DNA from: a virus
Taxonomy: Duplodnaviria; Caudoviricetes
Virus record (IMG/VR): IMGVR_UViG_3300011338_000237
Span: 1 to 34,140 of that record
Direction: 5' to 3' (one strand)
Length of the DNA: 34,140 nt
Shown in pieces: positions 1 through 8,287 of this stretch. The notes under the pieces are model-generated. The model was not told where the DNA came from. It searched no databases and saw nothing but the letters and a program-made list of their open reading frames with translations. The position numbers and the translations under genes are program-made. Each line of letters begins with the position of its first letter. Position 1 is the first letter of the stretch.

Positions 1-127
1 GATGCTTTACGGGTGTATGTTCGATCTAAGCAGAAGATCGGATCTGAGAGGTACTCAATGTGGAATGTATATTCTATCTTGGGTTCTTTGCATTTTATAG
101 GCATCCCATTAGTAGATGTAACGAGCA
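1..127. repeat. Terminal overlap, identical to 34014-34140 (circular assembly junction)
   Basis: GATGCTTTACGG...GTAACGAGCA occurs at both ends. 127 bp matches a common assembler k-mer, and an ORF reads straight through the junction. Confidence 0.95.
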
Positions 128-363
128 TCACTGCCCATGACTACGAACGCCAGAAGATGCTCCTCGAAGAGTTCCGCTTTATTTTATCGCACGAACTTAG
201 ACAGCCATTGACTTCCATTGGTGGCTTGGTGAGCATGATGATGGAGCATAAGGAGGCAACAGAAAGAGAGAAGCAGGAGATAATAAACATGATTGCTGAC
301 AGTGTGCAGCGATTGGATGAATCAATTAAATTGCTTGTCAAGAAAGCAACTCGACAGCTATAA
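1..363 (+). CDS. 3' part of PAS + HisKA (DHp) protein lacking the HATPase domain; the gene starts at 33810 across the junction (188 aa total)
   Basis: H-box FILSHELRQPLTSIGGLV followed by a second helix, then a stop at 361-363. In frame with ATG 33810. Confidence 0.85.
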   Translation, partial: DALRVYVRSKQKIGSERYSMWNVYSILGSLHFIGIPLVDVTSITAHDYERQKMLLEEFRFILSHELRQPLTSIGGLVSMMMEHKEATEREKQEIINMIADSVQRLDESIKLLVKKATRQL

Positions 364-373
364 TAATTCGATT

Positions 374-571
374 ATGATTGAAGCATTGATTGACTTGCCT
401 AAGACTGACCGCGAATGCGATGAGAGGCTGATTGCTGTTGTTGCTTCTTATGTGATCGAGAAAGGTATGCCGTTCAATGTGGCGATCAATATCTTAAATG
501 ATAACATCAGGGATCAGGGCTGTATGCTTATTCACCTCAACAAACTCATTCAACTTGTCAGCTATGGATAA
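374..571 (+). CDS. Hypothetical protein (65 aa)
   Basis: ATG 374 lies just after the previous stop; the 3' end overlaps the next start. Confidence 0.6.
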   Translation: MIEALIDLPKTDRECDERLIAVVASYVIEKGMPFNVAINILNDNIRDQGCMLIHLNKLIQLVSYG

Positions 572-1232
572 TATCAAGCCATCGACAGCAGTGATGCTAA
601 CTATCATCGGGCTGTTGCTTTTTTTATTGCTTAGGTCTTGCAGTTACAATCGAGAGTTGAAGAGGCTCAATGCTGATGCCTTTGAAACGAATCAGATATT
701 CACCAAGCGCAAGACTGATGATTCGCTTATCATCTATACTCAAGCCTTGCATATCAACGCATCAGAGCGTGAACTGGATCAGATCAAGGAACAGTTAGAG
801 ATGGCTAAGGTGGATCAGGCGGTGAAGATTGAAACGAAAACTATCTACAAGACTGAGTTCAAGGTGGGCGAGGTGGTGTATGTTGATAGCTTTCCGCATA
901 TCAAATTACCTCGCACCTTCCACAAGATAGAAAGATGGTTAGAGATAGGAGGGCGAATTAACCGCTTAGGCTTCATTCAGATCGATTCTTTAATCATTCC
1001 TGCATCTTATACCGTTGCAATCGGAGATACGCTGCGAGAGGGCTTTATTTCAAAGATTCTCAAAAGAACAGATCCAGTGGTTAGAATTGGCGTGGACAAT
1101 CCCAATATCAATCTAACTGGGATGCGTAACGTGGTGGTGAGGCAAGATAAAAAGTGGCATCAAACTACTGCTGCCAAAATCGGGGCAGGCATATTGATCG
1201 GCTTCGGGGTGATGAAGCTCGCAACTCCTTAA
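564..1232 (+). CDS. Membrane-anchored coiled-coil protein, putative spanin-like lysis protein
   Basis: N-terminal TM (VMLTIIGLLLFLLLRSCS), coiled coil, hydrophobic C-terminus (KWHQTTAAKIGAGILIGFGV). Last gene of the lysis cassette. Confidence 0.55.
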   Translation: MDNIKPSTAVMLTIIGLLLFLLLRSCSYNRELKRLNADAFETNQIFTKRKTDDSLIIYTQALHINASERELDQIKEQLEMAKVDQAVKIETKTIYKTEFKVGEVVYVDSFPHIKLPRTFHKIERWLEIGGRINRLGFIQIDSLIIPASYTVAIGDTLREGFISKILKRTDPVVRIGVDNPNINLTGMRNVVVRQDKKWHQTTAAKIGAGILIGFGVMKLATP

Positions 1233-1315
1233 AGATTTATTGAAATTAATTGATTTGATTATCAGCGAGTTATGCAATTTAACGCTGGTAGTTTGTTATT
1301 TTGTTGTTTAGTGTA

Positions 1316-1345
1316 TTGCAGAATCAAAAAATGGTTTTACATTTG
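1316..1345 (+). promoter_or_regulatory. Bacteroidota sigma-70 promoter (TTG...TACATTTG), start of early region
   Basis: TTG at 1316-1318 and TAnnTTTG at 1338-1345 in an AT-rich intergenic gap. Confidence 0.7.
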
Positions 1346-1381
1346 TCAAACCAAAACACACAATTCAAACCTATTCAAGCC

Positions 1382-1606
1382 ATGAACAACTCAACGATCC
1401 AACCAAACACAGTAATTACAGCAGTAAGCGTTTGTGATTCTAACTGCATTTTTAAGGCAGAAGTATTAAGCCGCAAAGGTGATTATGTAACTCTTAAAAT
1501 TGAAGGCTACAAAGACATCGTACGCAAAAAAGTAAAAGTAGGCTATAACGGAAATGAGTACGTAATGGCTTTAGGTTCTTACTCAATGGCTCCAATCTTT
1601 TCATAA
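1382..1606 (+). CDS. Hypothetical early protein (74 aa)
   Basis: ATG 1382 downstream of the promoter; the ORF-track start at 1301 runs through the promoter. Confidence 0.7.
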   Translation: MNNSTIQPNTVITAVSVCDSNCIFKAEVLSRKGDYVTLKIEGYKDIVRKKVKVGYNGNEYVMALGSYSMAPIFS

Positions 1607-1613
1607 CCCAATC

Positions 1614-1632
1614 GGGCGGCTAACTACCGCCC
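1614..1632 (+). other. Intergenic GC hairpin (GGGCGG-ctaacta-CCGCCC), weak terminator or processing site
   Basis: 6-bp perfect stem followed by ATATTTT. Confidence 0.5.
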
Positions 1633-1662
1633 ATATTTTCACACCTTTTACAACTTAAAACA

Positions 1663-1953
1663 ATGACAGCAAAAACACTTTTCCGCAACATCGAATCTAC
1701 CGAGTATTTCCACTACGATCACCTCGCAGGAGTGCTGACAATCGTAATTAATGACGGATGCCGTAAAGGTATTATGACAAGATGCGACAGCCAAGCATCA
1801 GCACTGCCAAGAGAATTCCATAAGGAGTTCAGATATGGCGTACCAAGCGAGATCAGGCTGTTTGAATCTTGCTCCATCGAGGAGTATCATCAAGCCTACT
1901 GTGCAGCAGTGGACACCATGCACGAGGTAGTTGTCGAATCTTTACAATCGTAA
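1663..1953 (+). CDS. Hypothetical protein
   Basis: 96-aa ORF with an A-rich Bacteroidota-type leader. Confidence 0.7.
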   Translation: MTAKTLFRNIESTEYFHYDHLAGVLTIVINDGCRKGIMTRCDSQASALPREFHKEFRYGVPSEIRLFESCSIEEYHQAYCAAVDTMHEVVVESLQS

Positions 1954-1978
1954 TCTTTAACCCTTTAATATTTCAGTA

Positions 1979-2665
1979 ATGAAAGCACCAGTTAACAGCG
2001 GATCATCCGCAAACAAGCAAATCGCTCCTGAAGGCACGCACGTAGCACGCTGCTACCAAATCATCGACAAAGGCACGACCTTCGATGAGAAGTGGCAGAA
2101 CAGAAAGCGCAAGATCCAATTTATGTTTGAACTGCCGATGGAGTTGGCAGTATTCAACGAGGAGAAAGGCGAGCAGCCATTCTATGTAAAGACAGTATTT
2201 AACCTGAGCATGGGCGAGAAATCATCGCTTCGCAAGTTCATTGAATCATGGTTCGGCAAGAAGATGACCGACAAGCAAGCAGCCGATTTTGAAATCTTCA
2301 CTTTGATCGGTGCTGCCTGCATGATCAACGTGGTTCACAACGGCAAAGAAGATCGTACTTATGCCAACATTATGAGCATCTCGCCAATGCCGAAAGGTAT
2401 GCAATGCCCTCCTGCGATTAATATGCCGATGTGCTACGATACCACTGCCCACGATGAGCAAGTGTTTATCATGCTCCCTGAGTTTATGCAGGAGGATATT
2501 AAGAAAAGCGATGAGTGGTTGGCAAGACAATCGCAATCTGCGACAAGTTGGAGCAAGCCTAACTATCCGACTAACAACTTCCAAACGGCTAACACTAACG
2601 GTCAAGGATTGACCGATGACTTAGATGCGCTGTTCGGAACAACAAACGACAAAGATCCATTCTAA
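1979..2665 (+). CDS. Putative phage single-stranded DNA-binding protein
   Basis: N-terminal APEGTHVARCYQIIDKGT motif typical of phage SSB-like proteins; acidic C-terminal tail ending DDLDALFG...DKDPF. Confidence 0.65.
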   Translation: MKAPVNSGSSANKQIAPEGTHVARCYQIIDKGTTFDEKWQNRKRKIQFMFELPMELAVFNEEKGEQPFYVKTVFNLSMGEKSSLRKFIESWFGKKMTDKQAADFEIFTLIGAACMINVVHNGKEDRTYANIMSISPMPKGMQCPPAINMPMCYDTTAHDEQVFIMLPEFMQEDIKKSDEWLARQSQSATSWSKPNYPTNNFQTANTNGQGLTDDLDALFGTTNDKDPF

Positions 2666-2676
2666 CAACAACCAAA

Positions 2677-2702
2677 AAAGGCAGGGGTATTCTCCTGCCT
2701 TT
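2677..2702 (+). terminator. Intrinsic terminator-like hairpin
   Basis: AAAGGCAGGGG-TATT-CTCCTGCCTTT after the SSB-like gene. Confidence 0.6.
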
Positions 2703-2720
2703 AATCAACCTAAAATAAAC

Positions 2721-3395
2721 ATGAACAGCATCGCAAAGATAACAATTCCAGTTGAGAAGATTTATGCAGCCATCAATTCTGCTGATGTACTCAACGCTCA
2801 GTCAATCATTGAACGCAACAGTGTAGCTGATGAGGCTAACAGCGTGAAAAATGTAACCGAATATAACAGCATGGCAGCAGCCATCAAGCAAGTTAATGAT
2901 GCCATCAAGATCGTGGAATCAGCACGTAAGGAAGTAACCGCACCCGTTGATCACTTCAAGAAAGAATTGATCGCACTGGAGAGGCAAACAGTTGACCGCT
3001 TAAACACCTTCATCGCATCGGCTAAGGTTAAAATGCTCGACTATCACAATGAGGTTGAACGGCAGCATAAGGAGGCAGAGGCTAAGATCAAAGCCGAAGC
3101 CGAAGCTAAGATGTCGCTCAAAGGACACTTCAAGGAAATGGATGTTCTGGCTGATATGGTCGATGACCTTTATGTGAGTTCTGTTGAGATGGCAAAGACC
3201 AAGAATATCAGAACACTCTACAAGGCTGAAGTCGATGGTAATGTTGACTGGCTGACAGTGATTGAGGTGCTATTCTCAACGGATCATCTGCGCCATCAGG
3301 ATCTTCTCAGACACTTGCCACGAGCGATGCAGATGGCAGGAGTTAACGCAATCAGTGGAATCAAAATAGTTGAAATCAAAACGCAAACAGTTTAA
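2721..3395 (+). CDS. Coiled-coil hypothetical protein (recombination module)
   Basis: ATG 2721 after an A-rich leader; long helical segments (ESARKEVTAPVD...). Confidence 0.7.
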   Translation: MNSIAKITIPVEKIYAAINSADVLNAQSIIERNSVADEANSVKNVTEYNSMAAAIKQVNDAIKIVESARKEVTAPVDHFKKELIALERQTVDRLNTFIASAKVKMLDYHNEVERQHKEAEAKIKAEAEAKMSLKGHFKEMDVLADMVDDLYVSSVEMAKTKNIRTLYKAEVDGNVDWLTVIEVLFSTDHLRHQDLLRHLPRAMQMAGVNAISGIKIVEIKTQTV

Positions 3396-3406
3396 TCTTT
3401 TAGATC

Positions 3407-3814
3407 ATGCCACAAATCGCAAGAGCAGTAAATAAGTATGGTGATAGCTATGATTGGACACCATTAAAACATTATGAGTTAGTTGAGTTTATTGAATCTA
3501 AACGCATGAATACTAACCTAAGAAAGATTGAATTGTCAAAATTGGCAGGATATGGATCAACTCATTATACATCACTTGTAACGGGAGCGCACAGATTTAG
3601 TAAGGAGTCATTTCAGAGAATTGCCAAAACAGTTGTTGAAGCAACGCCATCACAACTACAAATTGAATTAGACAAGCAGCCTGAGAAGATCGAAGCACCA
3701 GTGAAGATCGAAAAGCCGATCTATGGAGTGATGAGCATCGAGCAGATGATCACCAAGATCAAGGCGGCAGGCTACAAGGTGATGAGAAGAACGGAAGGAT
3801 GGGAGGAGATCTGA
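3407..3814 (+). CDS. Putative XRE-like HTH DNA-binding protein
   Basis: IESKRMNTNLRKIELSKLAGYGSTHYTSLVTG resembles an XRE helix-turn-helix. Confidence 0.5.
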   Translation: MPQIARAVNKYGDSYDWTPLKHYELVEFIESKRMNTNLRKIELSKLAGYGSTHYTSLVTGAHRFSKESFQRIAKTVVEATPSQLQIELDKQPEKIEAPVKIEKPIYGVMSIEQMITKIKAAGYKVMRRTEGWEEI

Positions 3815-4017
3815 TGACAAGTAAACAGACATCAGTGGAGTGGTTGGTTGAGCAATTGGAACAGCACCACACCAGCATCGACATCAAGAATACGGTTGTG
3901 TTTCAACAAGCCAAAGCAATGGAGAAGCAACAGATAGTTGAAACGTACAACGAAGGCGCACTCGACGGTCTGCAACTTGGCGAGCAATATTATAATTTTG
4001 TTTATGGAACTATATAA
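3814..4017 (+). CDS. Small hypothetical protein (QTSVEWL...QAKAMEKQQI type)
   Basis: TGATG coupling at 3812-3816; motif pattern recalled from aquatic Bacteroidota phages. Confidence 0.7.
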   Translation: MTSKQTSVEWLVEQLEQHHTSIDIKNTVVFQQAKAMEKQQIVETYNEGALDGLQLGEQYYNFVYGTI

Positions 4018-4285
4018 ATTATACCACAATTGCTTTACTGATGAGGATAAAAGGCACTTAGCACGCTGGCTAAAAAAGGAAAAAGTAAAAGCATCAAATG
4101 AGCTATTAATTCATGACTGGATTAAAACAGTAGAAGCATCAATTCGGCTTCGTAATGTTATTACAAGCCGTTATGATAATAATATTTTCCCCTCTCAAAT
4201 CACTAAGGAAATGTTTTTGAGCCATCGTAATGTAGGGATTACTACATGGGAAGAGTTTAAAGAATTAAGGGGGGATAATATATGA
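4004..4285 (+). CDS. Protein with an RNA polymerase alpha-CTD-like (HhH) domain
   Basis: ASIRLRNVI...SQITKEMFLSHRNVGITTWEEF parallels the RpoA-CTD pattern LSVRxxNxL...LLxxxNxGxKSxxEI. Confidence 0.5.
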   Translation: MELYKLYHNCFTDEDKRHLARWLKKEKVKASNELLIHDWIKTVEASIRLRNVITSRYDNNIFPSQITKEMFLSHRNVGITTWEEFKELRGDNI

Positions 4286-4875
4286 CAAGAGAAGAATTTA
4301 TCAACTATCCTGCTATCTCAGCAAGTCGCATCAAGCGATTCTATACTGGCGATATTACATACGTGAAGAATGCCCTCGACAAGGGGGCAAACTTTCACTA
4401 CGATCTTTTGGAAACTGAAGTAGAGCAGATGAACGGGGCTGCCAAGAATGTCTACGATGCCTTTCAGGAAGTGCCACTATTGGCTACAATGTTTGAGGAA
4501 TCGATCAAGGAACAAGTGATTGTTTCGGAGGTGAACATCGGAGGCAAGATAGTGATGGGCAAGGGAGCAATCGACATGAATTGGGAGCAGCAAAAGATTA
4601 TCGCTGACATCAAGACCACATCAGCCAAGTCGATTGAGGCATTTGCAGCCGATATGATCAAGCACGCCAACCACATTCAGGCGGTATGGTATTCGCTCCT
4701 GATGGGCGTTGATCCTAAGTGCTTCTACTACATTGGTGTTACTCCAAAGGTTAAGAAGTCGGGCAAGTTTACTGACTTGTTTTTATACCGCCACAATCAG
4801 CAGGAGATCGACAGCGCAAAGGAGTTGATCATTAACTTCATCGAGCAATTCGATGGTAACTACGAGAAGCGATGA
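4282..4875 (+). CDS. RecE/exonuclease VIII-like PD-(D/E)XK nuclease
   Basis: Motifs YPAISASRIK, KGAIDM, IADIKTT, HIQAVWY. Confidence 0.75.
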   Translation: MTREEFINYPAISASRIKRFYTGDITYVKNALDKGANFHYDLLETEVEQMNGAAKNVYDAFQEVPLLATMFEESIKEQVIVSEVNIGGKIVMGKGAIDMNWEQQKIIADIKTTSAKSIEAFAADMIKHANHIQAVWYSLLMGVDPKCFYYIGVTPKVKKSGKFTDLFLYRHNQQEIDSAKELIINFIEQFDGNYEKR

Positions 4876-5129
4876 GAGCGAAGCACAGTAAAGAGGTGAT
4901 TGAATACGTACTGAGCAACTATGCCAATATGCCCACTGTCGAGATCGCTAAGGCATTAGGATTGACTTGCTGTGCTGTTTATCAGATCGCCAATTTAAGA
5001 GGCGTTAAAAAGGCTGATTCGTACAAACGAGATCATCATGGAAGCAGGCTGATGCAGGCAGGCATACCGACAAGGTTCAAGGCAGGGCAACGGGCTTGGA
5101 ATAAAGGAATGAAATTTACAAGCAAATGA
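4872..5129 (+). CDS. HTH protein resembling the N-terminal half of phage HNH proteins (no HNH domain)
   Basis: TVEIAKALGLT HTH plus TRFKAGQRAWNKG motif, then stop. Confidence 0.55.
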   Translation: MRAKHSKEVIEYVLSNYANMPTVEIAKALGLTCCAVYQIANLRGVKKADSYKRDHHGSRLMQAGIPTRFKAGQRAWNKGMKFTSK

Positions 5130-5524
5130 AGATACGCAAACGCAGAGAATCCGACATCTACATCACCATCGCCAAGATGATGGCACTGCAATATCCTAAC
5201 ATCGTTTATCGCTTTGACTTCGCAGCAGGCATGAAGATGAGCATCGGGCAGGGCAGGCTTCACAAAGCAATGAATCACTTTATCGGCTATCCTGACTTGT
5301 TTATTGCCTATCCCAATGGCAAGTATGCAGGGCTGTATCTGGAGATCAAGCTCGAAGGAAAGAAGGTTTTTAAGAAGGATGGCAGCCTACTTGCCGATGA
5401 GCATCTGGAACGGCAGCACAACATCTTAAAAGTGCTATCTGATGCAGGCTATTACACCACGTTTGCAATCGGCATACATGAGTGCTGCAACATCATCGAC
5501 AATTACATCAACAAGAAACTTTAA
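5126..5524 (+). CDS. VRR-NUC-type nuclease / putative Holliday junction resolvase
   Basis: GYPDLFIAYP...GLYLEIK...Q...L...GY pattern. Confidence 0.75.
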   Translation: MKIRKRRESDIYITIAKMMALQYPNIVYRFDFAAGMKMSIGQGRLHKAMNHFIGYPDLFIAYPNGKYAGLYLEIKLEGKKVFKKDGSLLADEHLERQHNILKVLSDAGYYTTFAIGIHECCNIIDNYINKKL

Positions 5525-5531
5525 CAACTAA
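5516..5531 (+). repeat. 16-bp direct repeat AAACTTTAACAACTAA (second copy 6374-6389) flanking the MTase gene
   Basis: Exact match read from the sequence. Confidence 0.8.
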
Positions 5532-5544
5532 ATAAACAAACAGC

Positions 5545-6375
5545 ATGATTTACAGAGATCATTTTCAAAACTACAAAGGGTATGCAATACCTAAAGCACA
5601 GTTGATAATTGCGGACATTCCATACAATCTTGGAAACAACGCCTATGCTTCTAATCCTGCATGGTATAAAGACGGCGATAATTCAAACGGAGAAAGCGCA
5701 TTAGCTGGAAAATCTTTTTTTGATACTGATGAAGATTTTAGACCTGCTGAGTTTATGCACTTTTGCAGCACTATGTTAAAGTCTGAAGGAAAAAAACAAA
5801 AAGTAGAAGGCGAGGCAAGACAAAAGGGGGATGCTCCTTGCATGATTATCTTTTGTGCTTTTGATCAGCAAATGTATTTGATTGAACTTGCCAAACGATA
5901 CGGGCTAAATAACTATATCAATTTGGTTTTCCGTAAAAACTTTTCAGCTCAGGTTCTAAAGGCTAACATGAAAGTAGTTGGAAACTGTGAGTATGGTTTA
6001 ATTCTTTATCGAGATAAATTACCAAAGTTTAGAAACAATGGCAAAATGATTTTTAATTGTATGGACTGGCCGAGGGATGGGGAAAGCGAAAAGATACACC
6101 CTACACAAAAGCCCGTTGAGTTGTTAAAGCGGTTGATCGAAATCTTTACCGATGAAGGCGATGTAGTAATTGATCCATGTGCAGGTAGTGGTTCTACTTT
6201 AGTTGCAGCAGAACGCCTTAATAGAAAGGCTTATGGATTTGAAATAAAGAAAGAATTTTGGACTAAGGCTAATAAGTGGTTAATGCAGGAAAAGCAAATT
6301 AAAAGCGACATTAAAGAATTTGGATTTGCAAAAAGTATAATTGAAAAAGAAGCTCCAACACTTTGGACAGTATAA
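5545..6375 (+). CDS. DNA N6-adenine/N4-cytosine methyltransferase (beta class)
   Basis: DIPY motif IV precedes HPTQKP and DPCAGSGST (motif I), then GFEIK. Confidence 0.9.
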   Translation: MIYRDHFQNYKGYAIPKAQLIIADIPYNLGNNAYASNPAWYKDGDNSNGESALAGKSFFDTDEDFRPAEFMHFCSTMLKSEGKKQKVEGEARQKGDAPCMIIFCAFDQQMYLIELAKRYGLNNYINLVFRKNFSAQVLKANMKVVGNCEYGLILYRDKLPKFRNNGKMIFNCMDWPRDGESEKIHPTQKPVELLKRLIEIFTDEGDVVIDPCAGSGSTLVAAERLNRKAYGFEIKKEFWTKANKWLMQEKQIKSDIKEFGFAKSIIEKEAPTLWTV

Positions 6376-6393
6376 ACTTTAACAACTAACAAC

Positions 6394-6636
6394 ATGAAAA
6401 CAACTCTATCAATTCTTATCCTGCTTGCCTCTCTATCAAGTTGTAGAAAGTGCTACGATTGCAGGGTAACAACAACAACGACTGGCTTTGAATCGCAAAC
6501 GCAAATGACCAGAATCGAAAAGTGCGGAATGACTAACCGAGATGTTAAGGCATTTAAGGTTGGAATGGAAGGCACGACAAGTACAACATTGAATGGCAAA
6601 AAAGTTACTGTCAAGACTACGGTTAACTGCTATTAA
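6394..6636 (+). CDS. Small Cys-containing lipoprotein
   Basis: Signal peptide II MKTTLSILILLASLSS-C, followed by CRKCYDC. Confidence 0.7.
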   Translation: MKTTLSILILLASLSSCRKCYDCRVTTTTTGFESQTQMTRIEKCGMTNRDVKAFKVGMEGTTSTTLNGKKVTVKTTVNCY

Positions 6637-6641
6637 TTTTT

Positions 6642-6649
6642 TATCTTTG
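6642..6649 (+). promoter_or_regulatory. Bacteroidota -7 promoter box TATCTTTG
   Basis: Matches TAnnTTTG upstream of the initiator leader. Confidence 0.65.
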
Positions 6650-6651
6650 TG

Positions 6652-6758
6652 ATCGTTCAGAACTGGAATCCTGAGCAGATTTAAAACATTGAAGCCCTTT
6701 GAGGGCTGCGAGGCAAGGTCTAACCACTGAGCCGATTCCAGCGCAGCCATCAAGGGGC
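6652..6758 (+). ncRNA. Structured 5' leader of the replication initiator (two hairpins with 8-nt loop-loop complementarity)
   Basis: Stems GTTCAG/CTGAGC and GCCCTTTGA-GGCTGCG/CGCAGCC-TCAAGGGGC; loops CTGGAATC (6663-6670) and GATTCCAG (6734-6741). Confidence 0.6.
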
Positions 6759-6768
6759 ATTTTATTTT

Positions 6769-7524
6769 ATGACAAACCGAGATACTTGCATATTCTATCG
6801 CTCGATGTATGAAGCGATAAAGGAGTTACCTAAAGAGATCCAATCCGATGTTTATGATGCAATCTTCAGTTATTCACTCGACTTTGAAAAGAAAGAATTA
6901 ACTGGCATTGCCCGAACAATATGGCTGTTGATTGAGCCAGTGCTTACCAAAGGGAACACAAACTTCGTAAACGGAAAGCAACCGAAACAGAAGCGAATTG
7001 TAAGCGAAGTAGAAGCGAAACAGAAGCGAATTGTAAGCGAAGTAGAAGCCTATAAGGATAAGGATAAGGATAAGGATAAGGATGAAGATAAAGATGTTGA
7101 TATTACTTACCCCGATTCTATCGAATCGAACCCCGTAACTATCCAACATGATTCAATCCAACTATACACCCCTACCCCCCAAAAGAAAAAAGTTCCGCAA
7201 AAAAAGAAAGATCACCGCTTTGCCGATTCGATCTACTGCGATGATCCTGATCTATTTATTGAACACTGGATGCAAACCGAAACAGCGAGAGCCTATCCTG
7301 ACACCGATCCATTAAAAGTTTACACAACCTTAAAAACTTCATCTGATGCCTCCTCAAAATACACCTACGCCAACTGGATCTCAGCAGCCCAAAATTGGGT
7401 TAAGCGAAACCCTGCCGAATACAAGCGAACCTACATCACTGCAAGTGGTCAACAACTCCACCACAGCGATCAAGCAATGCTCGACAGAGTTGAACGCCTT
7501 ACAAGGAATCATATTGGAGGCTAA
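6769..7524 (+). CDS. Replication initiator (DUF6291-like N-terminus, lambda O-type organisation)
   Basis: RDTCIFYRSMYEAIKELP...YDAIFSY N-terminal domain, internal iterons, DKDKDK linker, C-terminal NWISAAQNW domain. Confidence 0.75.
   Translation: MTNRDTCIFYRSMYEAIKELPKEIQSDVYDAIFSYSLDFEKKELTGIARTIWLLIEPVLTKGNTNFVNGKQPKQKRIVSEVEAKQKRIVSEVEAYKDKDKDKDKDEDKDVDITYPDSIESNPVTIQHDSIQLYTPTPQKKKVPQKKKDHRFADSIYCDDPDLFIEHWMQTETARAYPDTDPLKVYTTLKTSSDASSKYTYANWISAAQNWVKRNPAEYKRTYITASGQQLHHSDQAMLDRVERLTRNHIGG
6980..7083 (+). repeat. Iteron array / probable replication origin inside the initiator gene
   Basis: AAGCGAA at 6991, 7002, 7013, 7024 and 7035 (11-bp period, 33-bp superperiod), followed by tandem GATAAG repeats. 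Confidence 0.7.
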
Positions 7525-8287
7525 CAGAACTGGCATCGAAGCACAGCCTCATCAGGTGGCAATGCTCCAGTACCATCGAAACTTCCCGATTAAGAAGATA
7601 CAGGCACAGTTAGCGAGGCGAAAGTTCTACGAGGTGCTGACCGTTATCATACAAGTCTATTTTGGTGCTGATAAGAACACACCTGATTCAGTATTCAGCG
7701 AGTGCTATGATCGGATGATTAAAGACTACGGCAGCATCAGTATTGAGGAGGTGAGAGAAGCACACGCAGAATCTTCCAAGAATGCACTCAAAGCATTCGG
7801 AGGTATGTACACTGTCAATATGTTTAGTGAGATCATGTATGCATGGAAGATCAAGCGTAATAAGTTGATCGCTGCCATTGATGCAACTGAGCGAAGCCAT
7901 GAGGTGCAGGAGGAGGAACTGGCAGAGGCAAAGCGTAAGGAGTTCACAAAGTATTGCCATGATTGGCTAACATCACAACAGAGCAATCCAACAGTCAAGA
8001 GTTATGCAGAGTTGAACTTAGGTATGTGCAATGAGTTGATCCAGTCAGGGGCGGTGCAAGGCAAAAGGAAAGACTTATGGGATCAGGCGAAGAGCGAAGC
8101 CATTAAACAACTCACATCAGATCGGGATGAGGCAATGTATGACACCAATGATTTTAACAAGGTGAGAGCCTTTAATTCGATTCTTTCCAAGATAACCGAG
8201 CATAACTATCCATCCGATATGAAGGGGCGAACAGAGGCGATCTATGCAAGGCTGTTGGTATTTAATGCGATTCAATCTAATGGATAA
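7346..8287 (+). CDS. Hypothetical protein, possible helicase loader (true start probably downstream, ~7445-7560)
   Basis: Directly follows the initiator; helical protein. Function inferred from position only. Confidence 0.5.
   Translation: MPPQNTPTPTGSQQPKIGLSETLPNTSEPTSLQVVNNSTTAIKQCSTELNALQGIILEANRTGIEAQPHQVAMLQYHRNFPIKKIQAQLARRKFYEVLTVIIQVYFGADKNTPDSVFSECYDRMIKDYGSISIEEVREAHAESSKNALKAFGGMYTVNMFSEIMYAWKIKRNKLIAAIDATERSHEVQEEELAEAKRKEFTKYCHDWLTSQQSNPTVKSYAELNLGMCNELIQSGAVQGKRKDLWDQAKSEAIKQLTSDRDEAMYDTNDFNKVRAFNSILSKITEHNYPSDMKGRTEAIYARLLVFNAIQSNG

Noticed and set aside
1233-1381. Attachment site or lysogeny switch in the largest AT-rich intergenic gap
   Set aside because: No integrase or divergent repressor gene is visible; only a rightward promoter is supported.
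6980-7095. Repeats as a CRISPR array
   Set aside because: 11-bp and 6-bp periodic repeats with no unique spacers, in frame within a gene, and no cas genes.
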